In this document: one piece after another, positions 1 to 13,600 of the stretch
Layout of the letters: each line of letters begins with the position of its first letter
Position numbering within the stretch: the first letter of the stretch is position 1
Origin: Octopus vulgaris
Lineage: Eukaryota
DNA length: 64,000 nt
Reading direction: 5' to 3'
Assembly (NCBI GenBank): GCA_951406725.2
Contig: OX597815.1
Location: forward strand, 23,188,001-23,252,000
Made by a program: the position numbers and the translations under genes
The notes under the pieces: generated by a model
The model's database searches: none
What the model was told of the DNA's origin: nothing
Seen by the model: the letters and a program-made list of their open reading frames with translations, nothing else

Positions 1-259
1 ATTCTTTGACATACCTGGTTGTTGATCTCTCTCTCTCTCTCTCTCTCTCTCCCCTAAAGTAGATACAGTAAACTGTTACCGTTTTTTTTTTAATAATATA
101 ATCACTTAATTTCTTTAGCCACGAAGGTTTTAGAAACAGACCAAAAAAACCTTTTTGATGTAACAAAACTTACTTATCTAAGCTGAAATCTTACAATTTC
201 ATTAAAATTTAAGTCATTCAATGATAGAAGTAGAAAGTTAACTCAGTCTCTAATATCTA

Positions 260-1020
260 TCATCATCATCATCGTTTAATGTCCGCTTTCCATGCTAGAA
301 TGGGTTGGACGATTTGACTGAGGTCTGGCGAACCAGATGGCTGCACCTGGCTCCAATCTTGATCTGGCAGAGTTTTTATAGCTGGATACCCTTCCTAACG
401 CCAAACACTCCAAGAGCGTAGTGGGTGCTCTTACGTGTCACCGGCACGAGGGCCAGTCAGGCGGTACTGGCAACGGCCATGAAAAAATCTTTTTTTTTTT
501 TTACGTGTCACCTGAATGGTGCTTTTACGTGTCACCGGCACGGACACCAGTTAACCACTCTGGCAACGATCACGCTTGGATGGTGCTCTTAGTGCTCCAC
601 TAGCACGGATGCCAGTCATCGAATTTGATTTCAGCAGTCACGGCCCATGTTTCACTGCCATGTAGCATGGTTGTTCATACACATGCGTCGTACAGTCTAC
701 CCTTTACTCTGAGCGAGAGGTCCTTTGTCACCAGCAGAGGTAAGAGCTCTCTGAACTTTGCCCAGGCTATTCTTATTCTAGCAGCTACACTTTCAGTTCA
801 CCCTCCCCTGCTACTGACTTGGTCCCCTAGGTAATGGAAGCTATCAACCACTTCTAGTTTTTCTCCCTGGAATGTGACAGGAGTTGTTCTCTGCACATTT
901 TCAGTGTTTATTGCTCCTGAGCATCTGCCACATACAAAAACTATCTTCCCACCTAGTTAGCCTTCCTTTGATATTGCTGCACCTCTTATGTGTCCATAGC
1001 TTACACTGGGTACATCTATC
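260..1020 (-). mobile_element. RTE-clade LINE fragment (PHD-like/thumb region joined to 3'UTR, internally deleted)
   Basis: Minus strand reads CTQCKLWTHKRCS..FVCGRC..LEVVDSFHYLGD..RIAWAKFRELLPLL..LHGSETW, followed by the 3'UTR and a (GAT)n tail at 260-275. Confidence 0.85.
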
Positions 1021-1532
1021 TACGTCTAAAAAGAAACTGGTCTAAGCAGTTGTGTTTGGCTATAAGTTTTCCTATCACACATAGTGGTCACTGTTAAACA
1101 ACTTTTGAGTTGATCAACTATAAATACAGACACTTTCAAATGTTGTGCAAGACTGTATTTTTAGAAAACATGTGCCTGTTCCATTTCACTTAGGCAGGAT
1201 AGTTCAACAACAAAAAAACCAATTACATAACATTCTACTTAATTACACACACACACATACGCATTCTTGAAAATATCTCATGCATGAATTTATTTAGCAA
1301 AACAAGAGAAAATCTAAGTCATGCATATATGTGCATATATATACGTGTGTGTGTGTGTGTGGGTAGGTGGATAATCTATTTTTATGCTAAATAGATTTTG
1401 ATTTTGTATACAATATTTTCAGAAATCATTACTCAGGGATAGATGTCTTTTGCCTACTCCCTTTGAGTTTGCTAAAAATTTATTTACATATGCTGTATTT
1501 GCTTGTTTTCATGGGAAGCACTTTTTCAGCAT

Positions 1533-1535
<3 letters not shown>

Positions 1536-1575
<40 letters not shown>

Positions 1576-1708
1576 GTATATATATATATATGTATATATA
1601 TGTGTATGTATGTATATGTATGTATGTATATGTATGTATGTATATATATGTATGTATGTATGTATGTATATATATGTATGTATGTATGTATATATACATA
1701 TATGTATG

Positions 1709-1803
<95 letters not shown>

Positions 1804-1804
1804 G

Positions 1805-1877
<73 letters not shown>

Positions 1878-1982
1878 GTATATATATATATGTATGTATA
1901 TATATGTATATATATGTATATATATATATATGTATATGTATGTATATATGTATATATATGTATGTATGTATATATATGTATG

Positions 1983-2015
<33 letters not shown>

Positions 2016-2254
2016 GTATGTATATATATATGTATGTATGTATATATGTATGTATATATATATGTATGTATGTATATATGTATGTATATATATATGTATG
2101 TATATATATATGTATGTATGTATATATGTATGTATATATATATGTATGTATGTATATATGTATATATATATATATATATGTATATATATGTATGTATGTA
2201 TGTATATATGTATATATATATATATATGTATATATATATGTATGTATGTATGTA

Positions 2255-2295
<41 letters not shown>

Positions 2296-2353
2296 ATATA
2301 TATGTATGTATATATATGTATATATATGTATGTATATATATATATATAATATG

Positions 2354-2393
<40 letters not shown>

Positions 2394-2404
2394 TATATAA
2401 TATG

Positions 2405-2444
<40 letters not shown>

Positions 2445-2455
2445 TATATAATATG

Positions 2456-2533
<78 letters not shown>
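1536..2533. repeat. ~1 kb compound (TA)n/(TATG)n microsatellite; similar tracts at ~9830-10080, 16240-16450, 18190-18490, 20030-20510, 20980-21240, 39104-39240
   Basis: Direct reading; the source of the YI/MYV-rich pseudo-ORFs. Confidence 0.98.
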
Positions 2534-2534
<1 letters not shown>

Positions 2535-2605
2535 CACACATACATATGAGTGAGTGGACAAACAAAAGAAGAGCACTCAATACATTTATTGGGAGTTACA
2601 TGTAT

Positions 2606-2729
2606 GGATCAAAACAGTCAGTTTGATTCAAATTCCTTGGTACTCCAAGTTTCAAAGCATGATGCTAACCCTCAGCATCATGCTTTGAAACTCAGAGTAC
2701 CAAGGAATTTGAATCAAACTGTTTTGATC

Positions 2730-2730
<1 letters not shown>
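2606..2730. repeat. Fold-back palindrome (~57-61 bp arms, 7-nt loop) between TA tracts
   Basis: ggatcaaaacag..agcatgatgct / aaccctc / agcatcatgct..ctgttttgatcc. Confidence 0.92.
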
Positions 2731-2767
<37 letters not shown>

Positions 2768-3449
2768 ATCTTTCTCTCTTTATATATATTTATTACCTGT
2801 AAAGATTTGTAAATGACTCAAGGGCCTAGAGTTTCATTCATAGCACATCTCAAAGGTTGATGATTACCATGTACAAAACTTTCGGCTTTTGAAGTATTTA
2901 CACATCTTTATAGTTAATGAAGAAATATATGAGCTCTACTTTGCGTTTTGACTTTTCTCATTTGCATCACCAAACCTGTGCTTGTGTATTTGTGTGTACA
3001 AACTTTATAATTTTGTTCCCGGTAAAGAATATTAAACTTAGTTATATTTTCTTTGTTTACTTAGCTTCTCTTTTCCTTTTCAAGATTTATCATGAAGCTT
3101 CATTATTGTTTCTCTTTTTATTTATCTTTATTCCTTACTCTTATATATTGATAATGTTGTTATGTTTCCATTTCAAGCAAAATGAATTTCTTCAAAGTAG
3201 GAAGCTGTTCATTAATGACAGCAAAATTACTGTTCAAGAATATTATCTGAAGACAGCTAGAATATTCAAATAAAAAGCAGATAAGTAAATTCAAATCAAA
3301 AACTATCATGGTTTAGTTGGTGCAGGGAAAGCAGGACCTTGAGGACTAGTTTACTGAAAGAAGATAGAAACTCTTAACTCCTGTGTTATCCATTGTTGGA
3401 AAACTGGTCCAAATGCTTGCAACAAATTGGGCTCCATTAAAATCTTTTA

Positions 3450-3610
3450 GTGAGTTCTCTATGAACCTAGCATGTAGCCTTATGATTCTCAATTTCAACA
3501 GCTTATATGGGCAACACTTGTGTTTTTGAGAATACAGGAATACTTGAACATTTATAAAACATTGTCTTACCTATTAGTTCCTTACAAGCCACAAATGTGA
3601 CCTTTATTAC
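3450..3610. repeat. Old dispersed repeat, second copy at ~10975-11132
   Basis: Shared agccttaygattctcaatttca and cttacaagccacaaatgtgacctttatta. Confidence 0.75.
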
Positions 3611-3807
3611 CAGGTGGTAGCATTAAACTTGGTGACAGATTAAATCTACCTGCCAGGGGTACCTAATTTCACTCACAATGATCAAACCCAAACTGAGGCT
3701 GTAGTTGAAGATACTTGCATAACATGTCATACGATAGATTTCAATCTGGAACACTGTGTCTGAAATGACATGGCTATTCCTGTGCCCAGCTTTCCTTTTT
3801 GTTCTCA

Positions 3808-4135
3808 TAATAATAATAATAATAATAATGAAATTATTGTATACAGTGCTCAGGTGCACCACAACTTGTCAAAAGTGCATATAAAGTGTATGCAGTAATG
3901 TACAAATGTCTGGAAAGCAAACAATGTATGAGTCAGATACATGCTTGTGTGTGTATGGAGGGGAGGAAATCAGGTGTAGTGTTGGCGAATCTCAGAAAGC
4001 ATGGAAGTTTTGAAGGATGCAGTGCTCCGACAACTAACAACTGATGCCGGCAGTTTGTTCCATGCTTCAGCAACTGTCAGTGTGAAAAAATGTTTCCGAA
4101 AGTCATGGGAGCTGTGCTGTTTTCTGACTTTGTAA
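3808..4135 (-). mobile_element. Shorter copy of the same CR1-type 3' end
   Basis: Near-identical to 27101-27425, with a (TAT)n tail. Confidence 0.85.
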
Positions 4136-5103
4136 ATAATCTGTTATTACATTGAAATAATCTGGGTCCATATTCCATTAAACCTATATTACTTTAATTC
4201 AACAAAATGTGATTATGATGTGTCAAAATTTCAGTGATAAGGTAATTAAAAGCACTAATTCCATGAAGGTCCCATAAAAGTTTACTTGTAAGAATAATGA
4301 TATATGTTATTGCTTTGCTGTATTTGTCTTTATACGCTCCTGGTGGAAAGGAATCACTAAGTCAGTGATTAATTATTGCCTGAGTAGTAAGGATTAATTG
4401 AACCATTAACCTCATTTTTGTGTTTCACTTAACGTGTTTACTATGTTTACTGTAATCTCTGACCATCTTCAGAAAATATATTTTGACATGTATGTTTTCT
4501 TTAGTAGATAGAATTAACTTAAGGGTGTTTATTGAGATTTACATTGTTTTAATGTCTTGAATCTGTTTAATAGTTTGATCAGCTTCTCTAAACATGATAA
4601 CTATCATTCAGCATTGATTATAAACTATTTAGCTAAGAATTTTAAAGGATAATGATGAAAATTTTAGCTATGACACTAAACTGTTTCTGTTTAAGGATTT
4701 TAAACTTAACCCTTCTAGTTTTAACTGTCTTTAGCGAACAAGAATCAACTGTCTTTCATACATCTACAAGAGAAAATTTGAATTTCAAACATTGCACTGC
4801 TATCCACATATTTGTATGTAAGCAAGAGAGAGAGAGAGAGAGGAAGAGATGTACCCTTACAAAAATGCTAAAGTACAATATAAATGAAAAATATCTTGTG
4901 AGTGGAGCATCATATTGTAACATCTCACACATTTTCTATGGTTGTAATTTTAAGTCATAACCTCCATTAATTAAAAGCAAACTGGGTATAAATTTTAGAA
5001 TGTGATTATGCATAAGGCTTATGATTTGATATCTGCTCCAAATCTACCTTTGGGTATATGTGGTACGTAAACATGTGTTTATGTGTGTGTGTGTGTGTGT
5101 ATG

Positions 5104-5157
<54 letters not shown>

Positions 5158-5961
5158 TTTCATGCACTATTCTTAACAAGCTTCTGTCCTTCCTATTTAG
5201 ACTTTTAATTGGTACATTCTATGACATTGATTATAAACAAGCCATTATTATGAATGGGTAAACAAATTCCTTTCAAGTTTGTTCAGTTAAAGAACAAAAT
5301 GGATTCAAATTATATACGTATACGTATGTATGTAATCATTAGATACTCTCACACTGGTGGATAACTATAAACATATGCATGTGTGTAATATGAATATAAT
5401 TTTGTATATATTGTATGAATGTATTTTTATGTATATAGATGTGTGTGTGTGTGTGTGCATATACATACAAATGATATTTGAATTAAGTCATTGATGCTCT
5501 TACATTAATTTTTTTAGACATCCAAATCATTTCTTTCTTCACCATTTTTTGTTTCAAACCTTGTGGTCAATATATATGAGAATTTCTGCTATTTTCATAT
5601 CCTTTTCATCATCATCATCTATAATTATTATTATTATTATTATTTTATTTAGCTGAAGGATTTGGTTATTAAATAGCATGAAGTATCTTACATTTAGTTT
5701 GTTTTTTATCCCTATTATAACAATAGTAGGAACATAAAGACAAATTGGAGACAATGTTATGATGATGATGTTATCTTCTCACCCCATGAAAAAATAGAAA
5801 TTTATATTTTCAACACTCCATTCAGTCAAAATCATATTTTTCTGTGGCTATTTTCAAATAATGTTTTATATAGTTTTATCTTTGGTAGTTGGATAAAGAA
5901 ATAAGACTGTGTTTATGTCACTTCAAATCTGATTTCATACCTCATTTCTTTTCCTCATCAG

Positions 5962-6065
5962 ATCGGAACCTGGTGCGTCCCGTGCCCCCCCCCACTTACC
6001 CATGCCAGCTTAGAGAGAGGATGTTAGATGATGATCACCTGTTATTAACCCAGGAACTATATTAG
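5962..6065 (+). CDS. Candidate terminal coding exon of an unidentified upstream gene
   Basis: Polypyrimidine tract plus CAG acceptor (catttcttttcctcatcag), then a GC-richer stretch reading xRNLVRPVPPPTYPCQLRERMLDDDHLLLTQELY*. No upstream exon was found and no homolog recognised. Confidence 0.35.
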
Positions 6066-7031
6066 TCTAGCAGCTAATTATATTGTATTCTGTAGCTAGA
6101 CTCTAGCCATAGAATACAATTTCATTCCTTGTCATGTCTAACATTAATGTCAATTCCTGATTAAAATAAGTGATAGAAAGCAAACTAATTATAACAAAGT
6201 GTATTAGTGGTAGGAGACCATCATAATATAATGAAATTACTTGTAGAAGAATAAATATTTATAAAGAAATGTTCTTTTTATGCTCGTAATTGAGAAGTAT
6301 TGAAAAATATTTCAGCTGAAATTGAGATGATATGCTTTCACATCTGTATAAACAACAACATTTCTACTTAGGAACAATATTTTATTTTAAAAAATGGTTG
6401 TAAGATAAGTAAGAATCATTCTGAAACTAGTTTTAATATCCTGTTGCCTTAATATTAATGCATTGATTCTAAGTGTGGCAGCGTACCATAGAAGTAAGAG
6501 AACTTCTTTCTTAATTTAGTTTATAATTAAGTTTAAATATAGTTTATAAGGAGAGTAGAAACAATACTGTGAATTATTTTATCAATACCTAGGCTCTTTT
6601 GAATACTTGAGCTATACCCTACAAGCTATGATAGATACTTGGTAATTATACAGAGCTCCTGTTTCAGATACAGAATGTCCTGTTGTGATGATACAGGTCT
6701 CAACATTTTGGCAGTAGAACGACTTTTTACTGACTCAAACATTATAGCAGGGAGAAAAAAGTCATATCAAATCATTATTAAATTTGTTAATAGTATTGTA
6801 TGATAAGCACACACTGAACTTCTCCAAATATGCACTATTTTAATGGCTTTATAGATAAGCTAAAACATATCCAACAGTATACATAGTCACTAAATAGGGA
6901 TTCATTTATTTTAAAATCAATTTTTTTTTCTCATCTTAATGTTCTCTTGTTGTCATTTAGGCATTTCTCATTTACCAAAAATAATTAAGTAATGTATAAA
7001 GGGGTTAAACAAGTGGCAGCTGTTACATGAT

Positions 7032-7073
<42 letters not shown>

Positions 7074-8817
7074 AGTAGGGTATGGTGGTGTAGGCTTATG
7101 TGCATTCAGTGCAGTTCTTGCTTATAATAACAAAGTGTGGCAGTTACTACAATGGGTAATCTTCAGTTTCATCATCTGTTATTTTTTTAACTTTTTGGTT
7201 TCCCACCATTGAACATAACTCATAAACAATAATCACAATAGTTACAATAAAAAAAATTATGCTTGTTTGTCTATTTTTCTATGTGAAATTTGCCATCTTA
7301 TTGAACCAAATGAAACAAAAATATTCAGTTGTATGTTACAATTTAGCAAGTTTTAGGCTTCATCTTTGTTAATGGTTTTCAACTGTTTAATAATTTCTGC
7401 TTAACATAATTCTTCTAAAAAATATGGCAAAAGCCATTACTGACCCAGGTATTATAAAAGGTAGAATTGTGAGTTCGGTCATAGCATTACATTTGGAAGC
7501 TTACAACTTATAATCTACTTTCAAATTGGGTAAAGCATGACACTAAACTCTTCTCCGCAAGAGTCTTTTTGGTTAATATTCAACTGGAACTTACCTAAGC
7601 TGTCTTGTAATCAGATGTTAACCATTTTCCCTATGGACCTAGCCATTTGATCAATTTAATTAGCTACTGTGATCTCTTCTGTGATTAACTTTTATTTTGC
7701 AATCATAATTCGGTGTACTTTTAAGATTTTGTTTGCAATTTGAAAAGAGCCTTACTGAATACATCTTCCACATGTATTGAACTTTCGGTTGCTGCCATTT
7801 ACAATTCAATATCTCTTAATTTGGGATTTAGATTTTCTGGTTTACTTCCACATTTCTTGTTTATTTAATTGAGAGAAGGGAAACGATTTTATCTTCTTAA
7901 TTCTTCAATTTATTTTGCTTTGATTTATTATGCTGTAATTTGCAAAAAAATATTTTATTCTGCTTGTTTTCCAAATAGGAGAAGAATTTTGAATATTTTT
8001 GTTTTTGTAAAGGAAACATCACTTGATCTATTAAGTGACATTGCAGGTGAACATATGATTATTTATATCAGGTAAATCATCAACTTCAAGGGACCAATTG
8101 AAAATTTAAATATAAATCTTTGTTTTAATTGGTCTGAAAACTATGTGAATATACACAACACACAATCACACACACATACATACTCTCACTAAAAATAAAT
8201 GTGACTATAAACTCAAAGGTTTTCAAATTGTCGGCCACATTGTTTTTAAAAATTCAGAAATGACACTCATTAAATTCCATAACACATATCTGTTTTGTGT
8301 CACATGAAGGACAAAACACTAACATTTATTATTCTCATGTGCTGGGTTATAAAATTTTTATCTCGGCCACCTTGTATATATGTGTCTGTGTGTTTGTGTA
8401 TGTGTGTATGTATGTATATACGTATGTATGTGTGTATGAATGGATATATGTGTGTGCACACAGACATTCTCTAACATTACTTCGCTTTAAAATTATGAAA
8501 TATCACCTGTTGAACATGCTTTAGACCTCTGCTTGCAATTACCAATGTTGAAGCAGTGGAGCTGTTGATGATATTCATTAATACTATTGATAAAATATCA
8601 CAAAACTTAGTCAACTTGATGAGTCTTTCATAATTTGCCAATAATTAAAACACGATCATTCATTGATGAATCCCAAATAATTCATTTCAAAATTCCTTAG
8701 TTATAGTTTAAAATTAGAATTCTTCTAAGAGAAATTATATCTAATAGTGTTCTCTTCTGCACACAATTTATTAACCTCCCCCTCCACAGTTTTTTTCTTT
8801 TGAAACCTAATCTGGGA

Positions 8818-8920
8818 ATTGAGCATTCTAGGAATTCATGCTCTATAAGCATTGAGCATTCTAGTAATTCATGCTCTATAAGCATTGAGCATTCTAGTAA
8901 CTCATGCTCTACAAGCATTG
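8818..8920. repeat. 33-bp minisatellite, 3.1 copies
   Basis: attgagcattctagkaaytcatgctctayaagc x3; each unit has a gagcat/atgctc inverted repeat. Confidence 0.92.
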
Positions 8921-9599
8921 CTTGTTTTATAAATTCTTATAATACAACTATTATAAAGGAGCTGATCTAGTCAATGGCTGAGGCAGTAGGGCATTGAACT
9001 CAATGCTTAGTTGTAACTAGTTTTAAGCACCACTGTTCCATGTTCAAATCCCACTAGGGTTGACTTTGCCTTTCGTCCTTTCAGGGTCAAATATACTGGT
9101 ATCAACTGAATTGAGAGTACCCCTTTCCCATAAATATTGATCTTGTGCATAGTCAAGAGAAGAAATCAATTTATGATAATACAAATACAAAAGCATAGTA
9201 CTTATCTTTCCAGAAAAGTACAGCAAAATACTTACTAAAAGGAAAATGTAAGTGAAGAATTATAGTAATTCTTTGCTAAGCACTACACTTATTCACCTTC
9301 TGCTAAAACAGATTTTCAAATTACAAAAACTTAGAAGCATTCAAAATCATTTTCATTTTATAATTATTTTAAATAAAAGTGAAATATTTTGTACAAATTT
9401 TATTATACACTGGTATGGAATTTCAAGTTGAGAATTCATATAATGGCTCTACATGTTTGGCCTATGTATTTTCATACACAAACTGTAGTTTGCTGCCCAA
9501 AGGTATATAAATGTATCTATATGCATACAAATGTATATACATATATATATATATACACATACATACACATATGTCATAAATATATGAACATGCAAATTT

Positions 9600-9633
<34 letters not shown>

Positions 9634-9636
9634 ATG

Positions 9637-9788
9637 ATATTTTTATTTGGGTTGAGTCAAATCTTTTGCTATCTTCAAGTTTCACCTGTGTGTCCACAGG
9701 GTCATAGCATAACTTGCCCGATGACCCTTTGAACACAGGGACGAAATTCAAGGGTATTGAAAAACTGAATTAACCAAAATAAAAATAT
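9637..9788. repeat. Degenerate fold-back palindrome after (TA)n
   Basis: atatttttatttggg..cagggtcat pairs with atgaccct..ccaaaataaaaatat. Confidence 0.7.
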
Positions 9789-10006
9789 TAATCTTTACTG
9801 TGTATTAATCTTCCAACAGTCAACAGTAAACGTTTATGTGTGAGTATATGTGTATACATGTACGTATGTATTTATGTGTATATATATATATACACACACA
9901 CACACTCACACATACATATACACGCACACATATATATGTATATGTGTGTGTATATAGATATAGATGTATATATATACAGATGTATATATATATATGTATA
10001 TATATA

Positions 10007-10067
<61 letters not shown>

Positions 10068-10379
10068 ATATTTATATATGATATGTAACTTGATATCCAC
10101 ATCAGTGTTCTTCACCAAATGTGCCTTTCTGAAGAGTTAAACTGTAAATTACGGAAACTCTTAATTGTTCTCTTCTTTCTTCTCCCTCTCTCTAATATGT
10201 TTTAACCTGATATTCTACCAAGAACCAGAAGATATCTTAATGTTTACACTTTGCAATGGAAATGCTTTCTTAAAACTGAAATATATTTTTAATTAATGAT
10301 TTTTTTTTTCCTTTTTAGTTCTATCTTTTCCTTAGCAGGCAGTGCATCAACTTTAATGAAACATAGTAAATACAAATAT

Positions 10380-10672
10380 CACGTGATCACGTGACCGACC
10401 AGACCATCAGATGTTGTTACATATCGCTGGTCACAATGCATTCGCATTGTTTTAGCCCTTGAATGACGCCACCCCGCTGGCTAAGCGAGCAGGCCAACAG
10501 AAGAAAGAGTGGTGGAAGAGTACAGCAGGGATCACCACCCCCTGCCGGAGTGTCATGGAGCTTTTAGGTGTTTTCGCTCAATAAACACTCACAACGCCCG
10601 GTCTGGGAATCGAAACCGCGATCCTACGACCACGAGTCCGCTGCCCTAACCACTAGGCCATTGCGCCTCCAC
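10380..10672 (-). mobile_element. tRNA-derived SINE (octopus OR1/OR2-like)
   Basis: Minus-strand head ggaggcgcaatggcctagtggttagggcagcggact..ggtttcgattccc (A and B boxes); 12-bp TSD aaatacaaatat. Confidence 0.88.
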
Positions 10673-13600
10673 AAATACAAATATAGTAGTAGTAATAGTA
10701 GTAGTTATTATTACAAGGTCAGCTGAATGGCAGAATCTTTTAAACACCTGAATAAAATATTTTGTATCTAGTTATAGTCCTTTACATTCTCAGTTCAAAT
10801 CCTGTCGTGGTTGACTTTGCCTTCCATCCCTCCAGAATCAATACAATAAATTTGACTAGTACTGGAGGCACATATGATACCGACCATTTCTTCTTGAATT
10901 CCTGGCCTTATGCCTATGTAGAAAACTATTACGTTGATGATAGCAACATATATCAAAAGTTGCAGTACGAACGTGAGATCTTTATGAGTCTAGTGTAGAG
11001 CCTTACGATTCTCAATTTCATCTGCTTCTGTAGGCATCATTTTTGTCTTTGGGAATGCATAGACACTTTAACATTATAAAATATTCTCTTATCTGTTACT
11101 TTCTTACAAGCCACAAATGTGACCTTTATTATCAAACTTCTACACCCAAAAACAAACCCACATCAAGATGTAATGGTTACCACCTTTCCCTTGTAAGCAA
11201 GCTGTGTGTTTGCTTCATTCCATCAATATTTTACTCTCTAAAATTTTTATTTACAAATGGCTGCTATTTTCGTATACATAAAATTTAGAACATATTAGTT
11301 ACTAATGCAGAAGAGTTTCTCTTTCTTTAAAAAAAAATCTGAATAAATTCTTAGCCCTTTCCTATATTCTTTCTGTTCTACTAATTTGTAATCTGTTCCA
11401 AATATCAGTTAGGTCACAGTAGCAAATCCAGTAGAAACAAAATAATTTCCTATATTCTCTTTTCTTTTGCATATTAATTATAGTATCATATGTATTAACA
11501 CAGATGAAAAACAGACTTACTGATTTTTTTTTTTCTGCTAATGACAATTCTTTCTTTTAATTAAAAATGCTTATTGCTGTGTCAGAGATAATAAGATATT
11601 TGCCATCGTGTTAATCCCTGTATTAATTCAGTGTTTTAGACATTTTAATTGCATTCAAAGCTGTATTTCATAATCTTAATACTTCCCTTCCATAACATGT
11701 TCTTTAAACTGCCACTTTAGAAATCTTTTTATGCTGATATTTTCAAAGCCTCTATAACATGCTTGCTGTCTTTGTCTTCATGTTGGTTTTTGTTTTCCTT
11801 CCATTCTTAGGGGGTGAAATGTATGCAGCATACATTTTTAGCTTAGCCATGAAAATGGCATTATTACTCTGAATGTAGCAACATCTGATTACCATAAATT
11901 AATTTCTATTGAGATTTAAACATAATTTCCTTTTCTTCCTCTCTTTACTATAACATACATAGAAGTCAACAGTCTTTATAGTGTAGTTTCATAAACCTTT
12001 TACTGATTGCAAATGTAATTAATTGGTATTATTAGTATCTCAATAGTGGAGAGAGGTGACTAACAAAAATCAGTAGAGTGCCAGACAAATTGCCTTGCAG
12101 TATTTAGTTCTGAGTTCAAATCCTGCCAGGGTCATCTTTACCTTTCATCCTTCCAGGTTTGATAAAATAAGTACCAGTCAATTACTGGTGTGAATTTAAT
12201 CAGCTACACCCCTCTCCAAAGATATGTGGTTTGTGCCAACATTAGAAGTCATTATCCCAATAGGGTGGTTGTGTGGAAGACATGCTAGAGTGTCTAACTA
12301 TATTTACTTTCATCCTTCTCTATCCTGAGTTCAAATTCTGTCAGGGCCAGCTTTACCTGTCATCCCACATGTGTTGATTGATTCAGTCAACTCTTACAAA
12401 TCTGTGGTTACGTGCCATGGTACTCAAAAATTTAAGTTTGAAATCACTAAATGAATGTTATTTTAAAATATTTCTTAAAATATAATTGCAAAGATTTTTT
12501 AATTAGCACTTCTAATATTTCTCTATTTAAATGGGTTACCTTTTTAAAATATGTAATTAATTACATATATTAGAGAAATTTGTTGGTGGTATTTTTACTT
12601 GATAAATATCCTTTGGAAAAATTCCTAATTTGAAAATTGGTTGATGTATTGTTCCGAAGCACGATCCCATCATCTCAGGTGTTATAATTTTCTTTATTTT
12701 TGGGGGTGTTTTATTAGAAAAAAAAATGTTGTTGACATTCATTTTTATTTATTTTACTAAGATCTCAAGATGGGTATCAATTCAGAGCAGAAGACCTAAC
12801 ACCTGGGTTTTCATTTAACAGGGGTTTATTACACAACCTCATTGTTTACTTAATTTAAATTTATCGGTTGCTGAATTCCATCACTGTAGTACCGGTTCTC
12901 AATGTTCTAAACATTAAATAAAGAAAAAAAAAGTGAAAGAAAAATTTTTTTGTATGAAACATTTTTTTACTCTAAAATTGTCTCAAATTTTCAGCTGTCT
13001 TTTTTTTTGTTTTTTTTTTTTTGTCAAATATTTCACGTTTAATTTGTACTTTTTTTTTATGTGCATGAAAGTTATATTTCCTATTTATTTACAATTCATT
13101 TTCATTAGGTTCTTAATTCAGTGTTTAAGGTTCCTCTTTGATTCTCTTATGCCCAGTGATCATTAAGTGCATTAATTTTTAGCTTTTATTCTCATCAATA
13201 ATTAAAATGTTAATAGCTCCTCCTCAAGATAACGAAACATATTTTTAGTAGTGTTCTTAGTGAACCTTAAACTTCATTTACAACACTGGGAAATCTCTTG
13301 TCATTGTGATTGTGATCATTCATTATGTGACTGTTGTTTCCAATCTTGATAGTATTACCCAGTGACTTCATTTAGGACAAAATTAAGTTAGGGCTGGTGC
13401 AATACCTTCATATTATTCGAATTATATCACTATCACCATAATTGTTAGAGGCTAGTTTAAGTATATGCTTAACCATATTTGTAGCTCTTGTGTGCATAAA
13501 ACTCATTGAAATGTTGGAGCTGTGAAATTCATTGCTCTTTCAATCATGACTGTCTAAAATTAAACATTTTAACTTTCATGACTTAATATACATCTATTAT

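Noticed and set aside
1450-2626. 299-387 aa ORFs in all six frames, and similar YI/CV/HT-rich ORFs elsewhere
   Set aside because: Translations of TA/TG microsatellites, which lack stop codons; not genes.
7070-8100. Possible ancient PLE/GIY-YIG remnant on the minus strand after a TA tract
   Set aside because: Only faint, frameshift-dependent motif resemblance; it cannot be supported by eye.
10590-10672. tRNA gene
   Set aside because: A and B boxes are present, but it is the head of a TSD-flanked SINE with no complete cloverleaf.
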